Source: a virus
Strand: one strand, 5' to 3'
IMG/VR virus record: IMGVR_UViG_3300045988_174371
Location: 288,001 to 352,000 of that record
Length of the DNA: 64,000 nucleotides
Part shown: positions 8,507-17,243 of the stretch, in pieces
Numbering within the stretch: the stretch's first letter is position 1
Layout: each line of letters opens with the position of its first letter
Position numbers and translations under genes: made by a program
Notes under the pieces: model-generated
Databases searched by the model: none
Told to the model about the DNA's origin: nothing
What the model saw: the letters and a program-made list of their open reading frames with translations, nothing else

Positions 8507-10114
8507 TCAATTTAGACTACATAACCTACATTCGCAGGTTACGTTGCCCAGATTGATAGCCGCCTGTTTGGTCTCCACGGCACCGTATGTGTCGCAGTCC
8601 GCTAGTACGCTGGTCATATTAACCCTAGCGGGGCTAAAAAGAGTTTTCACCCCCTTAGAGATGCGGTTCTTCCTCTTAGGAGTAGAAGCATTCTTAGTCC
8701 TGTCGCGCCCTGGGTGCTTGAGGGATGCCCTAGCAACCGGAGTCTTAAGAGCCGCCTGTGGCTGTAGTGCGCGGTTCTTAGCACGAGTCTTCCTCGCCTT
8801 CTCCACCTTCGGCACGGCGCGGGCGGCAATATTAGCGGCGGCATTAACATCCCTACCCATGTCACCATGCTTGGAGCAAACGGAAACCTTGTGAGTAGGA
8901 TGAGTAATTTTCTCGCCGCACAGGTGGCAGACCTGCGACGTGTTAGCCGCGTTCACTGACACAACCCAGCCGCCATTCTGCGTGACGTAGTGGGTGAGCC
9001 ACTGGGTGAACGCGCCGCGATTCCAGCGCCCGTTCTGCATGGTGTTGCTAATCCAACCAAGGTCTTCCACAGCCACAACCGCATTGCCGTAGAAGTGCGA
9101 CAGGTAAGCAATTTCCTGCGCCGCAACAATCGCCAGCTCCCGTTTCTTCCTAGAAGCGGCTTCACGATGAAGTTGAGCCTCATCAATCGCACACATGTGC
9201 GCCTGGCGGTCATAAAGAAGCTTGTCTGCTTTCTTGTTGAGCGCTCGAACCTGACGCTCAGACGCTTTAATAGAGTTCCACAGGGAATGGACGCGCCGTG
9301 AGAGGGTGGTTTCATGAACCACACGCCCAGTGGTGGAGTTGCGAACCACAACAGTAGCATAATCATTGATACCAACATCCACACCGACAACGTAATCACC
9401 TGAGAACTGCACGATAGGGTTATCAGTAACAATCGTGAAAATGAAGATGGGGTGACCCTTTTCAACCTTGACCAGCGGCAAAGTCACTTTACCCTCAGTG
9501 AAACGCACGTTATCGAAATTAAAGATTAGCCGGCACCACTTGCCCCAAATAATCATTTTCAAGATGATTTCACCATTAACAACAGGGTCATTCTCGATGA
9601 CCGCGTACTGCTTATCTACCGCGCCAAGATTAATGTAGTCCTCGCCATACGACGGCGCAGAAGCGTTCACAGTGCGCTTCCAACCCTGCGAAACGTACTT
9701 ACTGCTCTCGCCGCTTGCCGCCGCAATACGCTCCTGCCAGGCGCGATATTCCGTCACCACGCGATGCCTAAACAGGCGCTCCTTGCGGGACCTGCCCGTC
9801 TTGAGTTTGATAGGCTCACCATTCTTATCTGTGAGTGGATTGCCATCCTCGCCTTTTTTATCAGGCACCAGAAAATCAGGCATAGTGACACCAGCCTGGC
9901 GACCAACCTCAGCAGGCGCAGTAGCAGTAGCGGGCGACAGCTCAGCACCTAGCACCTCATCGTTACGGACAGTATAGGTTGCGTAAGCTGAAAGGTTACG
10001 AACCTCAGATGCAAGCTCAGCCATGATGAGCCTAGTATCAAGTACCTCACCATCCAGGTCTAGGATGTGGGAAGGGCGCGCCACAAAAGCCCTATAGGTT
10101 TGGTTTCTTGCCAA
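8507..10114 (-). CDS. tnpB: TnpB-like RNA-guided endonuclease (IS200/IS605 family accessory protein), no TnpA nearby
   Basis: RuvC-I VVGVDVGINDYATV, RuvC-II VVAVEDLGWI, zinc finger CHLCGEKITHPTHKVSVCSKHG, RuvC-III GRDVNAAANIA. An in-frame TTG at 10114 has AAGGAGG 5 nt upstream and gives the N-terminus ARNQTYRAF. The ORF-track start at 10315 is probably too long. Confidence 0.85.
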   Translation of the reverse strand: MARNQTYRAFVARPSHILDLDGEVLDTRLIMAELASEVRNLSAYATYTVRNDEVLGAELSPATATAPAEVGRQAGVTMPDFLVPDKKGEDGNPLTDKNGEPIKLKTGRSRKERLFRHRVVTEYRAWQERIAAASGESSKYVSQGWKRTVNASAPSYGEDYINLGAVDKQYAVIENDPVVNGEIILKMIIWGKWCRLIFNFDNVRFTEGKVTLPLVKVEKGHPIFIFTIVTDNPIVQFSGDYVVGVDVGINDYATVVVRNSTTGRVVHETTLSRRVHSLWNSIKASERQVRALNKKADKLLYDRQAHMCAIDEAQLHREAASRKKRELAIVAAQEIAYLSHFYGNAVVAVEDLGWISNTMQNGRWNRGAFTQWLTHYVTQNGGWVVSVNAANTSQVCHLCGEKITHPTHKVSVCSKHGDMGRDVNAAANIAARAVPKVEKARKTRAKNRALQPQAALKTPVARASLKHPGRDRTKNASTPKRKNRISKGVKTLFSPARVNMTSVLADCDTYGAVETKQAAINLGNVTCECRLCSLN

Positions 10115-10184
10115 CGCACCCTCCTTTCTGGCATCCTTAGTTACTGTTAATCCATCTAATGTTACCAATATTACCAATATTAAA

Positions 10185-10358
10185 TCATGGGCGCAATACC
10201 AATGAAAGTGGCGACAGTTGTCTAGCCTTAGTATGCCAGGGCTTCCACTCTTCCCACGTCTGCTCCCTCGAATCCTTGAAGAAGGGCTCGATAGCATCAC
10301 GAAGCTCCGCCTCATTGGGGGTGTTATCGGGGATGGGATGGGTCTGGTCTTCGGTCAC
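10185..10358 (-). CDS. short ORF, possibly the 5' fragment of the gene interrupted by tnpB
   Basis: GTG at 10358 (TEDQTHPIPDN...) preceded by AAAGG and by a -10 box at 10397-10405. It ends just before the tnpB upstream region. Confidence 0.35.
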   Translation of the reverse strand: MTEDQTHPIPDNTPNEAELRDAIEPFFKDSREQTWEEWKPWHTKARQLSPLSLVLRP

Positions 10359-10396
10359 GGTGCCGCCTTTCTGCTCTTCGAAACGTTGTGATGTAC

Positions 10397-10405
10397 AGCA
10401 TACCA
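10397..10405 (-). promoter_or_regulatory. extended -10 box TGGTATGCT
   Basis: The minus strand reads TGgTATGCT, directly after terminator 10436-10466. Confidence 0.4.
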
Positions 10406-10435
10406 CAGTATTCACCTGGGGCGCAAATACATGAA

Positions 10436-10466
10436 AAAGGGGCACCTTATTTTCAGGTGCCCCTTT
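10436..10466. terminator. intrinsic terminator
   Basis: aaaggggcacct / aggtgccccttt, with a U-tract on the minus strand. Confidence 0.75.
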
Positions 10467-10477
10467 GTGAAGGAGAG

Positions 10478-11011
10478 CTATTCTGCTACACTCTCTTCCG
10501 CATCTGAATCCTCCACCCAGATAACAGTGTCAGTCAGCATGGGTGCAACATCATAGAGGGAAAGTTGCCAGATGTACGAGATGGCGAGCGCAACGATAGA
10601 CGATAGTGGCAGGAATGCGTCGGTATTCATTGCCAGAGATAGAGATGCGCCGCCTACCGTGAGAATTGGGATGATGATAGTGAAGGCTCTGCCGTAATCC
10701 AGTGAGTTCCAGAACCCAATTCGAGCGGCATACTGCTTGGGGGTAAGCTCTTCATCATGACACCGGACGTATCCCTCCGACTTGGAGTATCTATACCTCA
10801 AGATATTGATTACCACTATAACCAGAATTAGTAGAGCCGTGCTGGACATGAAGTAGTCCACTGGTCGAATAGTCGATGACCTGAGGTTACCCAGTTGTAG
10901 CCATTGAAGGAAATACCAGAACAAAGTGTTCGCTGTCATGTACGCGCCTGCCTTGCGCAGTTTCTTGTTCCGCTCTTCCTTGGTTAGCTGTTTGAAGCTT
11001 GGATGAACCAC
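10478..11011 (-). CDS. membrane protein (start uncertain)
   Basis: Several TM segments. GTG at 11011 is preceded by AAGGAGG (5-nt spacer). The ORF-track start at 11164 lies inside terminator 11122-11166. Confidence 0.6.
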   Translation of the reverse strand: MVHPSFKQLTKEERNKKLRKAGAYMTANTLFWYFLQWLQLGNLRSSTIRPVDYFMSSTALLILVIVVINILRYRYSKSEGYVRCHDEELTPKQYAARIGFWNSLDYGRAFTIIIPILTVGGASLSLAMNTDAFLPLSSIVALAISYIWQLSLYDVAPMLTDTVIWVEDSDAEESVAE

Positions 11012-11108
11012 CGCGCCCTCCTTGAGGGGGATAGCTTCTCCAGTTACAGAGTCGATTACTTCCAAAATGTTCCTTTGTTTGCATGTGAATAAGTCGATAA
11101 CCGTCCTT

Positions 11109-11117
11109 ATCGTACCA
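11109..11117 (-). promoter_or_regulatory. extended -10 box TGGTACGAT
   Basis: The minus strand reads TGgTACGAT and overlaps the U-tract of the preceding terminator. Confidence 0.4.
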
Positions 11118-11121
11118 CAAA

Positions 11122-11166
11122 AGATGCGGCATATAAACTCTTGGGTTGAGCTTATATGCCGCATCT
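11122..11166. terminator. intrinsic terminator
   Basis: 15-bp perfect stem agatgcggcatataa / ttatatgccgcatct, followed by UUUUG on the minus strand. Confidence 0.7.
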
Positions 11167-11178
11167 AAGGGCTCATAT

Positions 11179-11409
11179 TTAGAACTTGATTGGGTCGATA
11201 AGTGTCGCCCCTCCAACGCCAGTACCTCGCGTCTGAGTACGCGCCACATCAAGAGTGTTTAGTCGAATGACGCGAGTATCTACCTGACCTGCTCCACCCT
11301 CTACAAGGGGGACATCCGAGACTGGCTTCGGGTCTTTACTGACCTCCGTAGAATAGCCGCCTTCAGGCTCAGTGGGCTTCTTGAAAATCTTCACTAGTCC
11401 AGAGAACAA
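11179..11409 (-). CDS. small hypothetical protein (76 aa)
   Basis: TTG start at 11409 preceded by AAGGAAAGG, with a -10 box at 11450-11458. Confidence 0.5.
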   Translation of the reverse strand: MFSGLVKIFKKPTEPEGGYSTEVSKDPKPVSDVPLVEGGAGQVDTRVIRLNTLDVARTQTRGTGVGGATLIDPIKF

Positions 11410-11449
11410 AACGGAACCTTTCCTTGGGTGTTTCGTAGCATGTACTACT

Positions 11450-11458
11450 ACTATAGCA
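11450..11458 (-). promoter_or_regulatory. extended -10 box TGCTATAGT
   Basis: The minus strand reads TGcTATAGT, about 40 nt upstream of the start at 11409. Confidence 0.5.
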
Positions 11459-11466
11459 CCACGCTC

Positions 11467-12051
11467 CTAATAGTCGCTAAGCTGTTTCTTTGCAACTTCA
11501 AGCAGGATTGCGTACAGCTTCTCCGTTGCTTCAGGAGTCCCGCCAAGGGAACTGTGGAGCTTGTTGTACAGGTTGATACCTGCCTGCAACATCTCCTCGA
11601 AGGATGCATACTCCTTACCGGACTCGTCAGTCACAGCAACCATACCAATTTCAGCAAAGACGAAAGTGGGGTCTGCGGCAATGCCAAAGTCTCCGCGCTG
11701 AGCATACGCTTCCCGAGCAATATCCTCATAGATGCTTGCCATAGTGTTAGCGTAGGCGTTACCGCCGTGTGCTACCGCCTTGCGGAGGGTATTGGCGTTC
11801 TCCTTGATGATGGAGTCGTTGAGTGCATCTACTGCGTCTGCGGCAACTTCCTCTGAAGCCTGCGGGTAGGTATCCAGGTAACCGTCAATGGTCATAGCTT
11901 CCTGCATGTCAGTGTTCAGGGTGGGTTCGGGTGCGATGGGTAGGCGCATGTCGTTGCTGATTGTCCAGCGGGGGTTCTTGGCGAGGGCTTCCCAGATGCC
12001 AGACTTGGCGGCGGGAGCGATGAAAGCATTTGTAATCGAGTTGGTGTCCAT
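11467..12051 (-). CDS. hypothetical protein (about 194 aa)
   Basis: ATG at 12051 (MDTNSITNAF) preceded by AAGGAG. The longer ORF-track start overlaps the promoter box. Confidence 0.65.
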   Translation of the reverse strand: MDTNSITNAFIAPAAKSGIWEALAKNPRWTISNDMRLPIAPEPTLNTDMQEAMTIDGYLDTYPQASEEVAADAVDALNDSIIKENANTLRKAVAHGGNAYANTMASIYEDIAREAYAQRGDFGIAADPTFVFAEIGMVAVTDESGKEYASFEEMLQAGINLYNKLHSSLGGTPEATEKLYAILLEVAKKQLSDY

Positions 12052-12096
12052 GTAAAACTCCTTAATCGGGGTTACGTAAAAATATCCTCTAGAAAT

Positions 12097-12105
12097 ATTG
12101 TACCA
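12097..12105 (-). promoter_or_regulatory. extended -10 box TGGTACAAT
   Basis: The minus strand reads AAAATGTGTGGTACAAT. Confidence 0.5.
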
Positions 12106-12186
12106 CACATTTTATGCGAGTTGCAGGTGAAATGGTGGTGCAAGTTCATTACGCGCCCCTAGTCATAACCAGGCCCACGTTCACCC

Positions 12187-13047
12187 CTATATACAAGGCT
12201 CACACTTCACCACAAGATTGTACTTATAGCCAAACCCAAACGTATTACCGTATGCTGAAGCCCCATCATCTCCTACCTGTGCTCCAGCGCACGTAACAAG
12301 CCATAGTGACCTTGCGCCATCCCTGCGCCACATATCTTCAATGTCGGTCAGCTGACTCTGAGGAACCGTATACATCTGCGTTACATGCCACTGGGTCACC
12401 TTCCCCCCACCGTCAGTCACGAACACCCGCTCACAGCCCTTCAAGCGATGCAAGTACCCCCACGGGGACAAATAGTAGTTCTGCCTATTGACATGCCCCG
12501 CAAGGATTGTTGAGCCCTCTGCGGCTGAAATCCTATTCGACGGCGAATACCAAATACCGGAACCATCAGTTGTGATAGGTAGAACCATCTTCCCGCTCTG
12601 GACACCACTAGGGGTTAGCCTAGTAGAAACACCTAAGGATGGGATGCTCCACCCAAAGGCGGGGAGTCCCGCCGGAATATTAGCAGTAATCTTGTTGGCG
12701 TCCGCTTCGCAAGTAGGCTCATGCACGGGCTCAGCAGGCTCAGGGGCGTACAAGGTGTAGTCATCTAGCACAGGCATCTTTTCGTCACCCCCCGCATCTG
12801 GCGTAGGCTGATACACCGGCTGACCGGCATCACTCGTCGCAATAGGCGTAGCATCCTGATGTGTAGCCGTGTAAGGCACACGAATAGTGTTGTCTTTGCC
12901 GACATATGGGCGATATGTAGCCATACCCCACCAAGCGCCGCCACCAAGCGCCGCCGCCGCTCCACCAAACACCAGAGCACGCCTAGAAACTAGCGGACTC
13001 GACTTATTAGCTTCACTAGATGTAACATTCTCGCTCTGTTTACGCAT
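12187..13047 (-). CDS. sortase-like transpeptidase (class E/F-like), membrane-anchored
   Basis: N-terminal TM VFGGAAAALGGGAWWGMATY, catalytic-type His in TILAGHVNR, and TLxTC-type Cys in LWLVTCAG. No Arg is visible in the ~30 residues after the Cys; the sequence there is GYKYNLVV. Confidence 0.7.
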   Translation of the reverse strand: MRKQSENVTSSEANKSSPLVSRRALVFGGAAAALGGGAWWGMATYRPYVGKDNTIRVPYTATHQDATPIATSDAGQPVYQPTPDAGGDEKMPVLDDYTLYAPEPAEPVHEPTCEADANKITANIPAGLPAFGWSIPSLGVSTRLTPSGVQSGKMVLPITTDGSGIWYSPSNRISAAEGSTILAGHVNRQNYYLSPWGYLHRLKGCERVFVTDGGGKVTQWHVTQMYTVPQSQLTDIEDMWRRDGARSLWLVTCAGAQVGDDGASAYGNTFGFGYKYNLVVKCEPCI

Positions 13048-13144
13048 ACCACTACCATATCTGATATTCTAATAGGAACAGGTGAACACGAAAGAGTACC
13101 CCAAAGCAGGGGCACCTCACCTCGAATACTACAAAGGATAACAC

Positions 13145-13945
13145 ATGAAGAAGCCCGTGGCTCTAACCCTAATCACCCTAACCTTCGCGCTTTCCGCTTG
13201 CAGTGCACAGCAGGACGCAAGCAACCATACGACGAACAGCCCCAGCGCAATGGCAACCGCCACCGCATCTGCCACCCCGACTGCACCAATTACCGTAGAG
13301 CCCAGCAAGGACGCTGACCACCCTGAGCGCGCCCAGGGCAACGACTACGCCACCGGAATGATTGGCGCAGAGGAGCAGACCCCCGGAACTATCAGCACCG
13401 TAGCTCCTGACGCTACCGCCTCCCCTACCTCGAACGTCGTAGTACCCAACCCCGACCATAACGCTGTTGCAAGCGACGCAGACAAGCAGAAGCTCACTGA
13501 CATGCTGAACGCCCTTGAAGGTTCCCCTGTTATCTCAGGGAGGAATGTCGTCGCCCAGCCTCTACGCGAGTACAAGATTAAGCCCGGCGACAGTAAAGAG
13601 CAGAATGGCGAGCTATCAGCCAACAAGTATGCAGAAATCGTCATCCTAGATGACGTTAGCGAAGGCGGCGAGGAGTACGCCATCGTCTCCCCGCAAATCA
13701 AAGGCAACGAAGCGGACATCCGAGCTAATGGTCTACGCCCCGTCAGCCTCAACACTGCACGCGAAGCCATCAAGAACGACTATAACACTCGAATCCAGGG
13801 CTTCCTGCACTACGAACCGAACGCCACATACACCGGCGAAACCATCCTAGTGCTCCACGTGAAGCAGGCTAACCACGGAGCCTACGTCAAGGGCGGCGCA
13901 ACCGCTGTAGACTCAGCCCCCACCCCCACGAACACCCCTCAGTAA
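13145..13945 (+). CDS. lipoprotein
   Basis: Signal peptide with lipobox MKKPVALTLITLTFALSAC, an Ala/Thr/Pro-rich linker, an SD AAAGGA, and a perfect terminator after the stop. Confidence 0.8.
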   Translation: MKKPVALTLITLTFALSACSAQQDASNHTTNSPSAMATATASATPTAPITVEPSKDADHPERAQGNDYATGMIGAEEQTPGTISTVAPDATASPTSNVVVPNPDHNAVASDADKQKLTDMLNALEGSPVISGRNVVAQPLREYKIKPGDSKEQNGELSANKYAEIVILDDVSEGGEEYAIVSPQIKGNEADIRANGLRPVSLNTAREAIKNDYNTRIQGFLHYEPNATYTGETILVLHVKQANHGAYVKGGATAVDSAPTPTNTPQ

Positions 13946-13965
13946 CCAATAAACCCCATCAACTA

Positions 13966-14003
13966 GAAATGCCCCTCACCTCCGAAGAGGTGAGGGGCAT
14001 TTC
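13966..14003. terminator. bidirectional intrinsic terminator
   Basis: 17-bp perfect stem gaaatgcccctcacctc / gaggtgaggggcatttc with a CGAA tetraloop. Confidence 0.8.
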
Positions 14004-14245
14004 AGCCAGCTACGAGCAAGCACCGCTGGATAGCGAAAGCATTACCAATCACAGACGGCGAGGTTGCAACCCCGGAACTAAGAACTCATTGGTGGGGTAT
14101 ACCATTCCATCCACCTGAGGTGTTCCAAGATGCGACAGATACACCGAATGCACACCAGCAGAAAACTCAAGCAAGGGCTGAAGACCCTACCGTAACCAAT
14201 GCCCTAGCAGGCACTTAACATGGTCGGTAGCTAAAACATCAACCA
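14004..14245 (-). ncRNA. candidate ~250-280-nt orphan transcript (sRNA or very small ORF)
   Basis: Bounded by TGCTATAAT (14252-14260, minus) and terminator 13966-14003. The longest possible ORF is about 43 codons from a TTG with no SD. Confidence 0.3.
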
Positions 14246-14251
14246 TTACTT

Positions 14252-14260
14252 ATTATAGCA
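14252..14260 (-). promoter_or_regulatory. extended -10 box TGCTATAAT
   Basis: Consensus extended -10 on the minus strand, immediately after terminator 14262-14312. Confidence 0.5.
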
Positions 14261-14261
14261 G

Positions 14262-14312
14262 AAGAAATTCTCCCCCTGCAACCAGAAAAGGTTACTAGGG
14301 GGAGAATTTCTT
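14262..14312. terminator. intrinsic terminator of the adhesin gene
   Basis: aagaaattctccccc / gggggagaatttctt, U-rich 3' side on the minus strand. Confidence 0.75.
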
Positions 14313-14409
14313 TGTGGCGCTACAGCCCCATATGCGGCTTTAAACACTCTACTGCGGAGAACTTATGCCCTGCACAGTAGATGGAGCCGCTAAGAAGCTC
14401 CCAGGTGCT

Positions 14410-17118
14410 CTAGGAGGCATCCTCAGCGTTCTTCTTGCGACGCTTCGTGAAGTACACAGCGCCACCCGCAAGAGCCAGAATACCAATACCGCCAGCAACA
14501 GCCACAGTAGTAGCATCCATACCGGTAATACCGTAACCAGTGTCACCAGTCTCAGCCTTAGCCTTCTCAATAGGCTTAGGCTGTTCAGGCTTAGCAGGCT
14601 CAGAAGGCTTCGGGGTCTCGGGGGTTACAGGCGGAGGGGTAACCTTGGTGACAGTCATGTCGCAACCGTCAGTGTCTTCATCCACGGTAGCGTTCACCTG
14701 GCACTCCTTCGGAGGGGTGGTGGGGGTCGGGTCTTCCGGGGTGGGGTTATTCGTTAGCACGATAGTGTTGAGAATACCCTCAGAGGCGACACGAGCCATG
14801 TCAAGGTCGTTCTTGAGAGTGACCTCAACCTCAAACTCGACAGTCTCACCCGCCTTAAGCTCACCAATTTCCCAGACATTGCCGTTTACGACACCGCGAC
14901 CGTTAGTGTTCAGGAACTTCACCGAAGCAACATCGAACTGCGCGTTATCCGGGAACTCGGAGATAACAGCCTTCTCCATGTCAGCACCGGAGGCGTTCTT
15001 AGCCTGAGCCTTCCAACGCAAGGTAGCGCCCGGCTTCACCTCAGATGCAGGAGTCATCAGCTCCTTATTCACCTGACCAGTAATTTCCTTCACACGGTGG
15101 ATGGAAGTGACGATAGGCTTATTATTGATGGTCACAACACCAAGGTCACGCATCTCATCAGCCTTAAAGTCGTTCAGGGACTTAGACTCCACCTTAAGAG
15201 AGTAGGCGGAATTAACAGCCAGCTTACCCGGCTCCTTAGCGGTAGCGGTAACCACGTCAGCAACATGACCGTCAAAGTCGGTGCCAGTACCAGAGACGAG
15301 CTTACCCTTCTCAACCTTGATGTCGAAGAGGTTGGTTACGTCCTTGCCATCAGCGTCCACAACCTTAAGCTTATCCTCAGTAATGGACACCAGAGCACGC
15401 CAATTGCCGTCGCCGTCCTTCGCATACTCCACAAGGTCAGTGATGGAGAACTGCTCAGGTGCCTTCACGCCGGTATTGCCCGTAACGGTCTGAGTCGGCA
15501 AATCGTTACCAGCAGGAATAACAATGTCCTCGTTCGCAACGGTCTTCTCAGGCGCAACATTAGCCAGCTTAATGACCTTCTTGTTCACCTTAACCTCGGG
15601 AACCGGCTTCGGGGCAGGCTTAGCCACCGGAGGAAGCTCAGGGACAGGCTTCAGAGGCTTCAGCTGAGGCTTCACCGGAGCAACAGCGGTAGGCGCAACA
15701 GTGTTAGCGCTCAACATCAAGTGGTTGTAGGAAGCATCAATGGAGTAGTCGCTGTAGCGGGAAGCGCCGGTGTTCTGCGGGTCACCAATAACACCGTCAG
15801 TGCCAGGCACACCCTCATTGCCAGTGGTGCCGAAGAAGAACGTGCCACCATTCTCCATCAGGTAAGTGACACCCAGGTACTTCAACGCATCGTCGTTCTC
15901 ATCAAACACTGCGCCGCCCTGGTTCGAACCAGCCTTGATGTAGAAGCCACGGTCTACCAGCTGAGAAGCAGTACCGTGAACCTTCTGAGCCTCAGGCGCG
16001 ATACGAGAGTCCTTATTCACGAACGTAGCAAGGACACCCTTACCCGGCGCAGTAATCTCGTAACGAACAGCAGACTCAGTACCATTGTTCTCCTGAGCAT
16101 TCAGAGAACCAACAGTGTTGTAAATCTTCTTCTCGTACTTCTCACCAGTATCACCATAGGTGAAGTACAGCTGAACCTCAGAAGCGTAAGACTTCTGCAT
16201 AGCCACAATGTCATTGTAAGAAGAATAGACATCGTACATGTTCTGCCACTTAGGAGAACCATCAGCGCCTACCGGAGAGCCGTTCGGGTTGGATACGAAA
16301 CGAAGAATCTTCACTTCAACATCCAGAGGACGCTTCGTTTCCTTGTCAATCGCCACACCCTTGTACTTCATGGTCAAGTTCGGGTTGTTCGGGTCAAGGT
16401 TAGTGAAACGGTAGGCGTACTCAGACGACCAGCTATCCGGGAAGTCGGTACGGTCAGCGGTTGAGCCAGCCGGTGCCTTGCCGTTGATGGTTGCGAGGTT
16501 ATTCGGGCTATCTACAAGCTCGAAAGGCTGTTCCAGCGCAAGCTTATCAACGTTGTTGATAGCCTTGTACGGGTTAGCGTTGGATACCTGCTCAGCGTAC
16601 AGCTTGTCGTAAGCCGCCTTCGCCTCGTTGTACCGCTTGGTAGCTTCCTCGTTTTCCTTGGTAATCTTCTCGTTCTCAGCCTTGATGTCAGCAATCTGCT
16701 TCTCAATCTGAGAGCGGTCAGCATTAGCCTTCTCAGCCTTCTTAGCGTCAGCCTTATTATCAGCGATGGTCTTTACAGCTTCACGCAACTTGGCAATGGT
16801 GGCAGTACTTTCCTTCTTAGCCTCAGCAACCTTAGCCTCAGCCTCAGCCATAGAAGAAACAGTCACCTCCTGAGTCTCACCAGCAGACACCTTGACACCC
16901 TGCGCCTCAGCCGCCTTCACAGCCTCATCAAGCGCAGAATAATCAACAGGGATGTCCTGCGTGGTCTTACCGTAAGCCTCAGCAGACACAGCACCCTCAT
17001 ACTTGAGGGGCTTCGCCTCATCGGTCGTGATGGCATTAGCCGCACCTGCAACAGAGGTCGTGCCAATAAGTGCAAGACCGACACCAGCGGTCATCTTCTT
17101 CATAGAACTCTTAGACAT
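14410..17118 (-). CDS. cell-wall-anchored surface adhesin with AgI/II-like A-V-P-C layout
   Basis: Signal peptide MSKSSMKKMTAGVGLALIGTTSVAGAANA, followed by an Ala/Lys/Glu-rich coiled coil, a globular region, a Pro-rich stretch (VAPVKPQLKPLKPVPELPPVAKPAPKPVPE) and beta-rich repeats. The C-terminal sorting signal is AKAETG + hydrophobic segment + KRRKK. Confidence 0.85.
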   Translation of the reverse strand: MSKSSMKKMTAGVGLALIGTTSVAGAANAITTDEAKPLKYEGAVSAEAYGKTTQDIPVDYSALDEAVKAAEAQGVKVSAGETQEVTVSSMAEAEAKVAEAKKESTATIAKLREAVKTIADNKADAKKAEKANADRSQIEKQIADIKAENEKITKENEEATKRYNEAKAAYDKLYAEQVSNANPYKAINNVDKLALEQPFELVDSPNNLATINGKAPAGSTADRTDFPDSWSSEYAYRFTNLDPNNPNLTMKYKGVAIDKETKRPLDVEVKILRFVSNPNGSPVGADGSPKWQNMYDVYSSYNDIVAMQKSYASEVQLYFTYGDTGEKYEKKIYNTVGSLNAQENNGTESAVRYEITAPGKGVLATFVNKDSRIAPEAQKVHGTASQLVDRGFYIKAGSNQGGAVFDENDDALKYLGVTYLMENGGTFFFGTTGNEGVPGTDGVIGDPQNTGASRYSDYSIDASYNHLMLSANTVAPTAVAPVKPQLKPLKPVPELPPVAKPAPKPVPEVKVNKKVIKLANVAPEKTVANEDIVIPAGNDLPTQTVTGNTGVKAPEQFSITDLVEYAKDGDGNWRALVSITEDKLKVVDADGKDVTNLFDIKVEKGKLVSGTGTDFDGHVADVVTATAKEPGKLAVNSAYSLKVESKSLNDFKADEMRDLGVVTINNKPIVTSIHRVKEITGQVNKELMTPASEVKPGATLRWKAQAKNASGADMEKAVISEFPDNAQFDVASVKFLNTNGRGVVNGNVWEIGELKAGETVEFEVEVTLKNDLDMARVASEGILNTIVLTNNPTPEDPTPTTPPKECQVNATVDEDTDGCDMTVTKVTPPPVTPETPKPSEPAKPEQPKPIEKAKAETGDTGYGITGMDATTVAVAGGIGILALAGGAVYFTKRRKKNAEDAS

Positions 17119-17243
17119 AGTTCGAATCTCCTCATAGGGGAAGTGTGAATGAACGAGTTATGCCACTGAACCTAAGCGTTGAACCTAGTCAAACACCCCG
17201 GCAGGCAAAGAAACATCACCCCTAGCCAGTGCATATACACAAC

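Noticed and set aside
8507-10315. An autonomous IS200/IS605 or IS607 element with TnpA.
   Set aside because: No Y1-transposase (HUH) or serine-recombinase ORF flanks tnpB. The N-terminal 67 codons of the ORF-track model look non-coding, and the SD-preceded TTG at 10114 is the better start. It is treated as a solo TnpB.
15097-16464. A 455-aa plus-strand ORF, together with ORFs 14365-14757 and 14540-15007, antisense to the adhesin gene.
   Set aside because: It lies entirely inside the well-supported 902-aa minus-strand adhesin gene. Its product is low-complexity (Arg/Leu/Val/Ser-rich). It has no SD or promoter. This is a typical shadow ORF of a biased coding strand.
1406-17118. An accessory Sec (SecA2/SecY2) island exporting a serine-rich or LPxTG adhesin.
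   Set aside because: No SecY2, Asp1-3 or glycosyltransferase genes lie between or around secA and the adhesin. The adhesin has an ordinary signal peptide and is not Ser-rich. The two genes are 9 kb apart and separated by unrelated units.
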